The position numbers and the translations under genes are program-made. Positions 51,994 to 64,000 of a DNA stretch of 64,000 bases are shown one piece after another. Position 1 is the stretch's first letter, and every line of letters starts with the position of its first letter. The notes below the pieces were generated by a model. The model was not told the DNA's origin. It searched no databases and was given only the letters and a program-made list of their open reading frames with translations. The DNA comes from Octopus sinensis (taxonomy: Eukaryota): NCBI RefSeq assembly GCF_006345805.1, contig NC_042998.1, positions 79,918,001 to 79,982,000 on the forward strand, in the 5' to 3' direction.

Positions 51994-52221
51994 TACAGTT
52001 TTTGTATACCAATTCCATTCACATGGCATTGGCAAGCTCAAAGAAACAGTAGAAAATACTTGTCCAAGCTGTGTGTGTGTGTGTAACACAGACAATACAG
52101 TTGAAAAGAAAATTCAAACAAGTGACTTACAATAAACAAATATTGAAAACAAAACAAGTAAGCAATTAAAAGATAAATTTGCTAATAAAACAAAATGAAA
52201 ATGTGAAACTTGATAGCTTAC

Positions 52222-54594
52222 ACTTGTTTTGTAGGACCAACTTGTTTCTGATGATAAAATATTATTCTGTTCATTTGTTGGTAGCACCAATGGTTGCCAT
52301 GGAGACCTGTGTAGGGAGCCTGATAACATTTGGTAAGACTGGGCAGCCTGTGATGAACTGAGGTCAGACATTGATATAGTACAATCACTCAAACTGTTAT
52401 TGAAGTTATTGGAGAAAATTGAGTCCAGGCGTAGTTTAGGTGTATTAGTGATCAGAAGCCTTGAGTCTGAAACTGACCGTTTCAGATGTTGAGGATGAAT
52501 TTGACTTTGTGATAATGTTAAACGGTGATCTGGTTGTGTAACTTGAACTGTTGAATTATTATTAACATTAAGGTTTTGTTCTGTAACTATGTGCTTTGTA
52601 AGGGTTGTATTTTCTCTACTGGGAACATTTAGATGTGCTAACTTAGAATGTTGACAATGAATTGTAGAATTTCCAGCTGAATATGAAGATTTTCCAATTT
52701 GTTTTGGCAAAGAAGCACATGAGAAATTCCCCTTTGTTGATAGGTAATGACACTTAGGGAAGGTATTAGTACACATATTAACCAGAACATTGTTATCATT
52801 ATTATCATCCTTCTTTTCAATGTGCGCTTTAGCATTGTTGAAGTATTGGAAAGAATTTTCCGGCACATGTTGTTCCTTTTCAGGCAACTGTTTTGAGGAA
52901 AATAATTTAGAAGAATGGAAGTTGTTAGCTGTCAGAGTTGAACCTTCAACACTATTATCAGAATTAGTTGAACTGCTGATACAGTTGTCTGAAGATGTTC
53001 TTTCAGCTTCAACCAGCTTCGATAAAATTGGTCCGCAACAGTTAGAATTCATCTCAGCCATGCTGTTCCTATTTACCCGATCACGTTTCAGCACAGCTGA
53101 GTCACTAAACTTTTCAAGCATTTCTGGTTGCATATCACTTGACATGGTTGAGTAGCCATCATCTCTATTGCCGGAATGTTCAGCTTTGATACTCTCAGAG
53201 CTGGAATCAGATGACAAACTGTACATTTCTCGAAGTTCAGAACTCATATCATTTTCTTTCATACTTTTTGCAACATTTTTCTGCCATTCATTGCAAGCTA
53301 AATAAATTTCAGGAAGTGTTCTCTTATTGAGTAAAGTTGGCATTAATACATTCCAGTCTTTTTCTTGTTCAAAATTATTCTGACATATTTTGCTATTCCT
53401 GTTATGTATATGGTGACTTTTGGAATGGTTTGAAGAATATAAAGGCAGCATTTCTGTATTAGATTGAGATTGGCAGTCATTGTGGAATGGAGCTAAAGAA
53501 TTCATGTAAGATGATGTTGAAAGTTGAGCATCTAAAGAGAAATAATCTGAATTCAAAGATGACCGTTTTTCATCAAAAAGATCTTTTTCATCCTCTGTTG
53601 AATCTAAGTATGAGCTTGAGACAAGGTTATGGTGGTCAAACGTTGCAGATGCTGACATACCTGGAGAATTTTCAGAATCTGTTGATTGGTTCATCATGGA
53701 GCTATCATTTTTGTTCATTAGATAAGGAGACAGGGGAGAAGTTTGAGAATCTTCCTGAGATGGTGAGTCTGTTGGAGAAATGATATCAAGTGAACTTGGT
53801 CTTGCAATAGTTGGAATGGTGTTAGAAGGCACAGGCTCTTCAACAAACCGTTTAGATAAAGTTTGGTGACTAGGTTGGCAGGCAGTGGCTTCCGGGATTT
53901 TTTCTACGGATGAAGACGACTTCTCTTGAGTGTTGCTTTGCTTACGTTTAAGCGATTCGGCCCTAAATATTGGAAATGTTGGCTGCACACAAGGCTCATC
54001 TGTTGGTGTTGGTAGACCATCTAAACTGTTTTCAAGAATGTCACTAGGAGACATCTGAGCAAAGTAATTTGAATGCAGAATAGAGTCTGTTTGTCTTCTG
54101 TTACAGCTTTCCCTGCATGGCTTTATACCAACTAGATGATTCTTGTATGAGCAATAGTTGTTGGCTTTAACTAGATTTCTTTTCCAGCTGTTGTGGTCAT
54201 GAAGTAAACATGTAGTTGCAGCTCTGTTGGCCTCTGTTACTGTTATAGAAGGCAAAGTCTTGTGGCAATTCAGTGGACGCACAGTAGCATAGAGCTTAGA
54301 CTTGAAATTGTCACATGACTGATTTGCCTTCCAAATCTTAGCATTTGAATCATACTGATAAGATTTCAAACATGAGTTTAAAAAAGCCTGACGAACAGGA
54401 GAAGATGAAGGGGATAAGAGGTCAGTATTTGCAAGGCCCTCAGCACTATAAGCTTTCAGCTGAGCTTCCAAAACATGATCAGATAAAATACTGAGCCGAT
54501 CTGAAAAAGCATTGATTCTGTCTGAATGTTCATTAAGTTGCTCTTTCAGCCATGGTGTTGGGGAATTAATCCTTGGAATACCATCTTCATAGCT
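52222..54594 (-). CDS. Same gene, 2373-nt exon B (SYEDGIPR...NRDDGYSTMSSD...SYKTS)
   Basis: 828-aa ORF in the track; tttacttgcag acceptor, AGT|gtaagc donor; phase 0/0. Confidence 0.9.
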
Positions 54595-54728
54595 CTGCAA
54601 GTAAAAAAATGAATTTGTACATCAATGCATGATATAAAATTGGGTAATGCTGCATCTTAAAAACTGATTTTAAAAGTAAAAAATTTAGAGTAAATGATAT
54701 ATTACAGAGAAGTGATGGTTAGGATATC

Positions 54729-54771
<43 letters not shown>

Positions 54772-54804
54772 ATAAATGCATGTATGTCTATATCAGTCAT
54801 GAAG

Positions 54805-55750
54805 ATGATCATAGCCCGACTAATTAGGGAGAGAATCTAGATGAGATGCAGTTTGGTTTTGTGCCAGGAAGAAGCACCACTGTTGTTATATTTCCAGTAA
54901 TGTAGCTGCAGGAGAATACCTAGCCAAAAATAAACCTCTGTACTTGGCTTTTGTTGACATGGAGAAAGCCTTTGACAAGGTCCCCCACTCCCTGGCAATG
55001 AATGTAGTGATGGATTCAGGATAGATGTAGGGGTTCACCAAGGATCAGTCCTCAGCTCCCCCTTATTCATCATAGTCCTCCAGGCAATAACCGCAGAATT
55101 TAAGACAGGCTGCCCCTGGGAGCTCCTCTATGCTGATGACCTTGTTTTTATAGCTGAATCACTACTAGAGCTATAGAAGAAATTTCAGGTGCGGAAGCAA
55201 GTTTTGGAATTGAAGGGTCTTGGAGTTAACTTAGCAAAAACCAAAATCTTAGTAAGTAGGAAAGCAGACAAATCTCAAATCCCTTCAGGTAGATGGCCCT
55301 GCTCAATCTGTAGGAAAGGTGTAGGTAGAAACCCCATAAAATGTACCTAGTGTAAGCTATAGACACATAAGATATTCAGCAATATCAGAGGAAGATTAGC
55401 TGAGAAAATAGTTTTTGTGTTGAAGGAGCACAGGTACAATAAACACTGAAAATTTACAGAAAATAAATTCCATTGACTGCCAGTGGGGTAAGCTAGAGCT
55501 AGTTGATGGCTTCTGTTATTTAGGTGACCAAGTCAGTAGCGGAGGTGGAAGCTTCAAAAGTGTAGCTGTAAGAATAGTTCAGAGAGCAAGAGGGCTGTGT
55601 TGGTCTCCAGTATCTATATATGTGTGTGTCTATATGTGTGTGTAAATACTGGAGACCAACACAGCCCTCTTGCTAGATAGATCCTGTTGAACCACCCATC
55701 ACATACCAGCATGGGACAGTCATTAAATGATGCTGATGATGATGATCATG
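54805..55750 (+). mobile_element. Degenerate, internally deleted RTE copy (RT core + PHD remnant + 3' tail)
   Basis: Colinear with 40900-41790 (DEMQFGFVPG, DMEKAFDKV, YADD, WPCSICRKG), with stops; ends in the RTE tail and (GAT)n. Confidence 0.92.
55585..55674. repeat. Perfect 29-bp inverted repeat (hairpin)
   Basis: agcaagagggctgtgttggtctccagtat (55585-55613) and its exact reverse complement (55646-55674). Confidence 0.95.
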
Positions 55751-57435
55751 ATCATGATATTATATATATGTGTGTGTGTGTGTATACATATATAAATGTC
55801 CCACCCATGCAGGCATGGGAGGCGAACATTAAACAATGATGATGACACACACGCACAAACAAACACACATGTACAGAATGACAATTGAATGTACATAGTA
55901 GACTTTATGCTAGCATATAATAAAACCAAAACTGGAATCCATGAAAGGGTGCAAAAACATAACTAATTAAACAGAATGGTTACAGATTATAAATATTAAA
56001 TTAGGGAAATATAGAAGAAGATTGTAGTAAGAAAAACATGTAAAGATCATAGAATATAAATCTAATCACATGAACACACTAATTAATGATGAGATAAAAT
56101 TATATTAAAACAATAATAATAGGTATTTTATTGATTGCTTTAGTGACAAACATGGACAAGATTTCTGTTAAAAATATTTTTGCAAAGATGAATGTTTTGA
56201 TCTGAATAAATTTCCTAATGTCTTCAGTTTTTCTGGAATATGGCAATAATATTTCTTTAATCAGATGTAGCAACATACAATTCTATAGAGGCATCATGTA
56301 TGATTGGTTTTAGTTTTTTTATTGGGTACTGTTGCAGTAGAATGTTGGGCAGGGAAAAAAAGGCTATGCAAAAATACATTCATATATATATGTGTGTGTA
56401 TATGGATTTATATATACATGTGCATGTATGTGGATGTATATGTTTAAATATATGAACATGCATTCAAAAACACACATGTGTATATACACATCTAGTTTCT
56501 TGCAGGTAACACACAAATACATGCATATACACTGAGTTTCATTTCTAATGGATTATAAGGCTGATAAATTAAAATATTTTGTTTTTGTTTATAAAATGCA
56601 AATACGTTCAGAAAAGCTTCATATAAAACAATACTGCTCATGAGAGAAAATTTTGTTAGCCTTCCAGAATTTTTTCATTCCTCATATTCACAACACCTGC
56701 CTAGTTTTATGGTTTCTTCTCCTTCTTTAAGAAGGCACTATATATAGGTTGGATAAAATTTAGGTCACAATATGAACAACTTAAAAATCTAAGTGGTTTC
56801 TATTATTTCTGTCTTAAATTTTTCTATCCATACCCTTCCTAAACCATGACAGCAAGTATATACTTGGTTGCTTCCACTATAAGAAGCAACTGCCTTGAAA
56901 CCTGCTACTTCGTCAGCATGACTAAATTTCATCATATATAAGTGTTCAAAGTATTCCAGTGAAATAGACAAACCAAAACGACAGATATAGACAAATATTA
57001 TTTGTGTTTTTTTTTATGTGGTTTGTTATTAAAGAAATACAAAATAAGCATTAATTTTTTTTGGTTTTTCACACATTAAAAATAAAAAAAAACTTTTACA
57101 TTCTTTTATATCACAAAAGATTTTACCTCAAAATTTTTATGCTTTTGAGAAGTGGGGAAAACATTTTCTTTTTTTTTTTTATGCCATTAAATTATAATTA
57201 AAGCAATTAAATTCAAATTTGTTATTGATGGCTTTAATGAGAGCTGTAACCAGTTTTGAACTCCAGCCTCTGGTTTTCACCACAGCTCCTCCAAAAATAA
57301 GAGTAAATTTCATTTCTTTTTTTGAATAGCTTTTAAAATTATTTTTCGTCTTATTTGAGAAGTAATTATTTAAAATTCCTTTAGGGAAAGAAACTGGACT
57401 TCTTATTTGCTGGCTGAAATTAAACACTTCCAATT

Positions 57436-57585
57436 TAAGAGAGAGGGAAAGAGAAAGAAAAGAGGAAAGAGAGAAGGAAAAGAGGAGAGAGAGAAAAAGA
57501 AAAGATATGAGAGAGAAAAGGAAAAGAGACGAGAGAGAGAATGAGAGACAGAAAGCGGTAGATAGAGAAAAGTAAGAAAGAGACC
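57436..57585. repeat. Polypurine (GA-rich) tract
   Basis: ~150 bp of almost pure A/G. Confidence 0.9.
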
Positions 57586-57874
57586 CACTGCTCAGAATAT
57601 TTCATTTCCTTAGAAGAAATTAAACTTAGCTTTGGTTATATGCTACATAGTTGGCATGGCAATGATTCCTTTTCCACTGGGATAGCAACATTCAACAGTT
57701 AGTTATTATACAGTATTGAGGTAACAACTACAACAGCAACAATAAGATATTGTTCCCATTGCTTTATTGTACCAGACACCAGGATTAAACTCTTATGAAA
57801 GGAACAAATCAAATAAATATATTATTGGAACATGCTGTGACCTTGAGGCTTAATCTAACACTTGCATAAAGGCC

Positions 57875-57917
<43 letters not shown>

Positions 57918-58074
57918 TTACTTTGTAAGATAGACACAAGTCCTCAAACTTGGGAGATAGGCTTAGTCAATAATATCAACCCCAATAATTCACTGGTACA
58001 TTGTTTTTATTAAGTCAGGAAGGAAGGACAAAAAGCGAAGTTGAACTTAGCAAGATTAAAAATTAGGACATAAA

Positions 58075-58731
58075 AGACTGGCAGAATCGTTAGCACACCA
58101 GGCAAAATGCTTAGTGCTATTTTGTCTGTCTTTACATTCTGTGATCAAATTCCACGAGGTCAACTTCACCTTTCATTCTTTTGGGGTCAATTAAATAAGT
58201 ACCAGTTGATCACTGGGGCTGATGCAATCAACTTAACCCCCTCCCCCAAATTTCAGGCCTCGTGTCTATAGTAGAAAGGATTATTATTATTATTATTATT
58301 AAGGTGGCGAGTTGGCAGAAACTTTAGCACGCCGGGCGAAATGCGTAGCTGTATTTCGTCTGCCGTTACGTTCTGAGTTCAAATTCCGCCGAGGTCGACT
58401 TTGCCTTTCATCCTTTCAGGGTCAATAAATTAAGTACCAGTTACAAACTGGGGTTGATGTAATCGACTTAATCTGTTTGTCTGTCCTTGTTTGTCCTCTC
58501 TGTGTTTAGCCCCTTGTGGGTAGTAAAGAAATAGGTATTTTATCTGTCTTTACATTCTGAGTTCAAATTCCGCCGAGGTCGACGTAGTCTTTCATCCTTT
58601 TGGGATCAATAAATTAAGTACCAGTTGCATACTGGTGTCAATCTAATCGACTACCACCCCCCCACTTCCCAAAAATTTTGGGCCTTGTACCTAGAGTAGA
58701 AAAGATTATTTATTATTATTATTATTATTAT
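58075..58731 (+). mobile_element. Cluster of (ATT)n-tailed tRNA-derived SINEs
   Basis: tggcagaa..ttagcac..ttctgagttcaaattccgccgaggtcgactttgcctttcatcc...aagtaccag, separated by (ATT)n; similar clusters at 11520-11822, 27440-27825 (-) and 47490-48060. Confidence 0.8.
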
Positions 58732-58972
58732 TTTTAACTCAGGATTTGTTGGAATTCCTGGAGTCTTGCATGTGAAGCAGGTTTGCTGCATGCAGTCTAT
58801 GTTTCCATGCTATCTGTTCTTTTCAACTATCTAATACCTTCCTGATTGTTCTGGCTGTGTCAAGGGGGCAAATCCTTTGTAACAGTTTTACTGGGCACTC
58901 TATTCCAATTTCCTTATATTCTGCTAGATGCCTTCTGATACTGTCCCCAATGACCTAACAATAATTGGCACA

Positions 58973-59007
<35 letters not shown>

Positions 59008-59008
<1 letters not shown>

Positions 59009-59490
59009 GAGTGAGAGAGCAGTGCATGCCATCAAAGTGACACTGGGGTAAAATATACGAAGCCCAATACACCCATCATGACTACCCGTCTGATAAGGGT
59101 ACATGCATCACAAACTATATGTGCGCGACATGGTGATCTCATATCAAGATAAACAGCACATGACCTTGCAGGTGGGGGCCTAGTTAGAATTTTCTTCAGG
59201 TCAAGTAGCCAATCCCACTCAAAAGGTCCCTGAATAAGGGTTGTTTCTGGATGTTGAACAAAACATCTATGTTTTCAAAGGTGAATTATTCAAACCCCCC
59301 AAAATTCCTTTCACCACATGACTATGATGCTTCCCCACTACTTCTGCTCACGATCAGAGATGCACATATTGTCAGCCACCAAGGGATATGCTCAACTGGT
59401 TAAGGTCAAACAACTGACAAGCAAATTTGTGAGATTAAGCAGAGCATTTGCTGTAGCCCATCTTTTATACCAAGACAAAGCATGTACACG
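59008..59490. repeat. Unclassified interspersed repeat abutting (ATT)n
   Basis: Colinear with 46989-47390 (gagtgagagag...catgccatcaaagtga...gaataagggttgttt...tttgctgtagccc). Confidence 0.8.
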
Positions 59491-59521
<31 letters not shown>

Positions 59522-60445
59522 TAATTTCTGTCTTCCATGTTGGCATGGGCTGGACAGTGTGATGGTATCTAGTGAACAGCAGGGCTGCATTGAGCTCCAG
59601 TGTCAGCTTTGCCATAGATTCTATGGATGGATGCCCTCTCCCAAATGCACCCAATACACACTTTACAGTGTGTACTAGGTGCTTTTCTAATGAGTTTGCA
59701 AAGTAACTTGCAAGACAGGAAAAAGAAAAGCTCTCTTGACTAAGTAAGGGGAAGGAATATTTGAGAGGTGGGAGGTAATTTTATGTCAGGTGTTGAGAAG
59801 TATGACAGAGGGACAAGCATTGGTGTTTTATTATAGAGAAAATAGCACAGGTATCTAGTTATGGAAATATAAAGAATTTTATCTGATACTCTAACAATTC
59901 TATCAAACCATTCCAAGCATAAGTGGCACACAACATTGTATTAAACAAATGTACATGAAGCAACAAAGGAGCCACTACATGACTGCTTGACCTGCTAGAA
60001 GTAGCAACAAAATCACTCAAATCACACTCTACTCTCTTAGAAAATATGGTGCTGGATTATCAGTATTAAGAGGGAAAAGTCATGACTGGAACGCTTTTAA
60101 TAATAGGCTTGCTTGATATGGACTGACTTACAGCTAAAGCATAACAACAGTTCAAATGTAAACATTAACATTAATCACAAGGTTATCAGATCTTAAAAGA
60201 AAATGTTTGCACCACCCCACCATAGTTAACAAAACACTGTAATGTCTTCTCTTCAATAATGCACAATGGGCAGCACACTATGTGTGACAATTCCTGATTA
60301 TGAAAGTGTTGTTACTCCCTACACATTTTTTCTCTCTCCATCTTTTTCCTCTCATCCCTTTCTGTTGAAGAACATAGGCTCAAAATGTCAAAGACTTTTC
60401 CATACTTCCCAAGCATCAAACTAATACACCTGCTTGTTTCCTTAC

Positions 60446-60645
60446 CTTTTACTCTTTTACTTGTTTCAGTCATTTTGACTGCGGCCATGCAGGAGCACCA
60501 CCTTTAGTCGAGCAAATCGACCCCGGGACTTATTCTTTGTAAGCCCAGTACTTATTCTATCGGTCTCTTTTGCCGAACCGCTAAGTGACGGGGACGTAAA
60601 CACACCAGCATCGGTTGTCAAGCAATGCCAGGGAGACAAACACAT

Positions 60646-60694
<49 letters not shown>

Positions 60695-60858
60695 TACGAC
60701 AGGCTTCTTTCAGTTTCCGTCTACCAAATTCACTCACAAGGCATTGGTTGGCCCGGGGCTATGGCAGAAGACACTTGCCCAAGATGCCACGCAGTGGGAC
60801 TGAACCCAGAACCATGTGGTTGGTTAGAAAGCTACTTACCACACAGCCACTCCTGCGC
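60446..60858 (-). mobile_element. Full-length CORE-type SINE (young)
   Basis: Same family as 27042-27436; older copies at ~7590-7850, 21520-21720, 43720-44050, 45650-46008, 50220-50555 and 61370-61670. Confidence 0.85.
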
Positions 60859-63193
60859 CTGCTTTTTTTTTGCTTTTTTGTAAACTTGAATTATATATTA
60901 TGTAACATCCTCTGATTGTAAAAATGCACTACAGACAGTGCAATTTTGTGACTAACAGTACAGCAAACAGTGCACAAATACCTCACTGTAACAGTGCAAC
61001 AAGTCCTTCTTGTAGCACCAACAGTGCAAAATACTGTGGCTTCCATAATGCACCCGAAACACTTCAATGTGTCCTGATTGTAATAATCAAACCCATATTC
61101 ATTGTATAACAGAGAGAATACACAGAAGTCTGACACCAGACTGGAACATGGAATACCTAGTACACACATTGTTCAGTGAATCATGCCAATGATTCAGTTA
61201 GTTTCTTTATTTCGTAGGTCTATTGACAAAGAAATGACAATGCTCACAGAAGAACAACAGCAAATTTAAATACTGTTTATCTAAAGCAAACAAAAGTTTG
61301 GGGAAGGATTTTTCTAGTGATGAGCTAGTAATAAGAATTTCCTACCAATGAAAATAAAAATAATGCACAGACGTGGCAGTGTGGTAAGAAGTTTGCTTGC
61401 CAACTGTATGGTCTTGGGTTCAGTTCCACTGCATGGCACTTTAGGCAAGTGTCTTCTGCTATAGGACTGGACCAGCCAAAACATTGAAAGTGGATTTGGT
61501 AGACAGAAACTAAAAGAAGCTATTGTATATGTGTGTGTGTGTTTGTTTGTTTGTGTGTGTGCATGCACGCATGTGTGCCTTTGTGTTTGTCCCACACCAT
61601 AGCTTGATAACTAGTATTGGTTTGTTTGCAACCCTGTAACTTAGCAGTTAGGCAAAAAAGAGACCAATAATATAAATTCACTCATGTAAAACCTCTTAAC
61701 CTTCAAATTTGGTGAAAAAGAATTAGACATAAGAGCTCAGTATGGGATTAGTATAAGTGTTAAAGATTGTGGGGCAGAGAAATGGTTGCATGAAAAGGAT
61801 TTAGGTGAGCAGATGGGTTATAAAGTATATAGAATAAGGGGAAGGTAAGGTCCATATAATGTATGTCATACAAGGGACAAAATGGTGGTAAGTTATAATC
61901 AGGATTTCCTGATTTGCCATGAAGCTTTAGGAAAGAAGACTTAAAAGACCTTGACTAAGGACACAGAACAATGTCAACTGCTAACAATAATTATGTTGAT
62001 AATAATAAACATGGAAGAAATGAAGGGAAATGTTAATTTCCAAGACTTAAACAGGATTAGATCTCTTAAGAATGTAGATAATTTTAGTTTGTCTGGCTTC
62101 TATTCCGATGTCCTTCAAGCCAATTGTAAAATTAAATATTCTATATCATACCAAACCACCCTTACCAACTCACTGGCATCTTAACTTTGATTGTAAACCA
62201 AAGCTAATTTTTGTAATAAAATTGTATAATGTAATTGGTTTGTTAGAAGAAATCAATTGATTTATTTGAGTACACATGTGCACACACACACACCAGCAGC
62301 TGGCTGTTCATTGATGCACACAAAATTTGCCAGCAATATCTGTTGGGCCTAACATTACTAGTTTTTAATAATCTTTTCAATTTTAGACTCTTTTACATTC
62401 ATCCAATCTGCATTATGTAATGGAGTTAAACATTTTGTTATTGTTGTTATTGTAACTGAGACTTGCTTTCTTTTTCCTTCTCTCTCTCTCTTTCTTTTCT
62501 TTTTTTCTGTTGCATCTTTTGAACATGGAAAAGTTTTAATTCAGTACAAATAATTTAATGAAACACCTATTATTTATTGTTTAAACAATACTCCTATCTT
62601 CCTGTTTACAAACAATGACACAAACCACCTCACAGTACCTATTTATACCAATATACACTGGTGCATTGAGAGTCAAGTAAACATGCCACAGATGCTGTAT
62701 AGTACTAGTAACAAAATGCAAACATTTGGTTATAATAATTGGTTCACTGACATTTATTAACAGAATGGTGTTACTGAAAACTGAGTCTTTGAATAAGCCT
62801 GCTAAATATCCTCGGTAATAATGTTTGTTAATTTTTCTCCATGCTTTCCCTTAACTGTTGCTACATTGTGAAGGATTAAATTTGAAGAAGACATCTGCAA
62901 GTGAGAGGTGTCATCCATCTTAAGAAGCTAGGATCAGAATTATTAAAATTCATAAAATAAGTTCATGTGTTGTAAGAAGAGATAAATTCTGATATTTCAG
63001 GTTGGGTCTTTCTTTGAAATGCCAGGACACATCTCTCTTCAAAGTACGCAAACCTCTCTCAATTTATAACCCTTTTGCATTAACTATATTTTTTTTTTCC
63101 ATTTTTTGCCAAAATTAGTTTCACTGAATTTGTGTGCATGTGTGTGTGAAAATTTTACAGAGTAGTGATAGAATCTTTAGAATGTATACTTAC

Positions 63194-63334
63194 ATAATGG
63201 CTACAAAGACTCTGGAGAGATTCTGCTCCTTTGTCAAACATCATTCCAGCTGAAGAAGCAAAATCTAACAATGATAATTTTCCGCCTTCATTTACTTCAT
63301 TTCCATCAGTGACATAAGTTTCAAGACACGGCAA
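63194..63334 (-). CDS. Large uncharacterised Ser-rich protein, internal exon A (LPCLETYVTDGNEVNEGGKLSLLDFASSAGMMFDKGAESLQSLCSHY)
   Basis: On the minus strand: ttttccag acceptor, 141-nt open frame, gtaagt donor; phase 0/0. Confidence 0.75.
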
Positions 63335-64000
63335 CTGGAAAATAAATTACAGAAATTTAAATAGATTACTTTAAAATAGCAATCTGTGTATCATATTCAA
63401 TGCAAATATACCAAGAAAGGGTTAATTAACTGCAGTGTTTGTCCCAAGATAATATCTGTCACAGATGTACAGTGTTAAATAATATGAAAATATATGGTTA
63501 ATAAATAATTTATTCTAAGTATGGCTTTTCTAATTCTTAAGGGATGTGTACATTGGTGTTTGTTCATTTATGTGAATGTGTTTGTGTGAAGCTACTGGAT
63601 ATGGAGGAATTGGTTTCAAGCTATGATAAGTGCTGTTGGTAGCATTTAGTCCTGGTTCACCACTAATTGAACTGACCTATGATGAAAGGGATTCCTGGTG
63701 TGACCTTGTATACCTAAAAGCAGAATGTTCCAAGTGTCCTACCTTTCTAAGACATAGAGTATAACTTGAAGTTGGCCAGGGAAAGATGAGTAGTACCCAT
63801 GATCTTTGCAGGCCTTCCTCGATTGGGGAAACTACCAGGTGATGGAGCTAAACAAGGTAGCATGTGTTAAGCTTCCCACTATATACACTTCCAGGTATTG
63901 TTACAAAGTGAAACACTTGCCATTTATAAAGAATTGCTTTATGCAGTAACTTGTGACTTCCTTGGTATCTGCTTTGTTACAGGTTAATACAAGATTATTA

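Noticed and set aside
52790-53783. + strand ORFs opposite the large exons (also 44177-44425 and 36416-36670)
   Set aside because: Antisense shadows of real coding exons
62810-62920. Minus-strand MDDTSHLQMSSSN... as an extra exon
   Set aside because: Hits a stop after 38 codons with no convincing donor

Overview
AT-rich, microsatellite- and transposon-dense eukaryotic DNA. The SINE/RTE repertoire points to an octopus (inference). There are two convergent genes. (1) + strand: a complete 12-coding-exon pelota/Dom34 gene (ATG 584 to TGA 25459). I spliced it by hand; all introns are GT-AG, giving 1152 nt and 383 aa. It has a double-CCAAT promoter and an upstream ORF whose stop overlaps the pelota ATG. 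(2) - strand: the 3' part of a large, Ser-rich, mostly disordered protein gene (6 phase-compatible exons, 63334 to 36478, about 1372 aa; 5' end outside the window), apparently followed by a ~8.6 kb 3'UTR. One of its introns holds a near full-length RTE-clade LINE with a C4HC3 PHD-type finger inserted inside the RT domain, an ABABA ~160-bp tandem array at its 5' side and a second ~160-bp array in its 3'UTR. The rest is CORE-type and other tRNA-SINEs, RTE tails, CR1 fragments, Tc1/mariner relics, hAT and piggyBac-like MITEs, and several perfect hairpins. Most short ORFs in the supplied track are repeat noise. Repeat boundaries are approximate.
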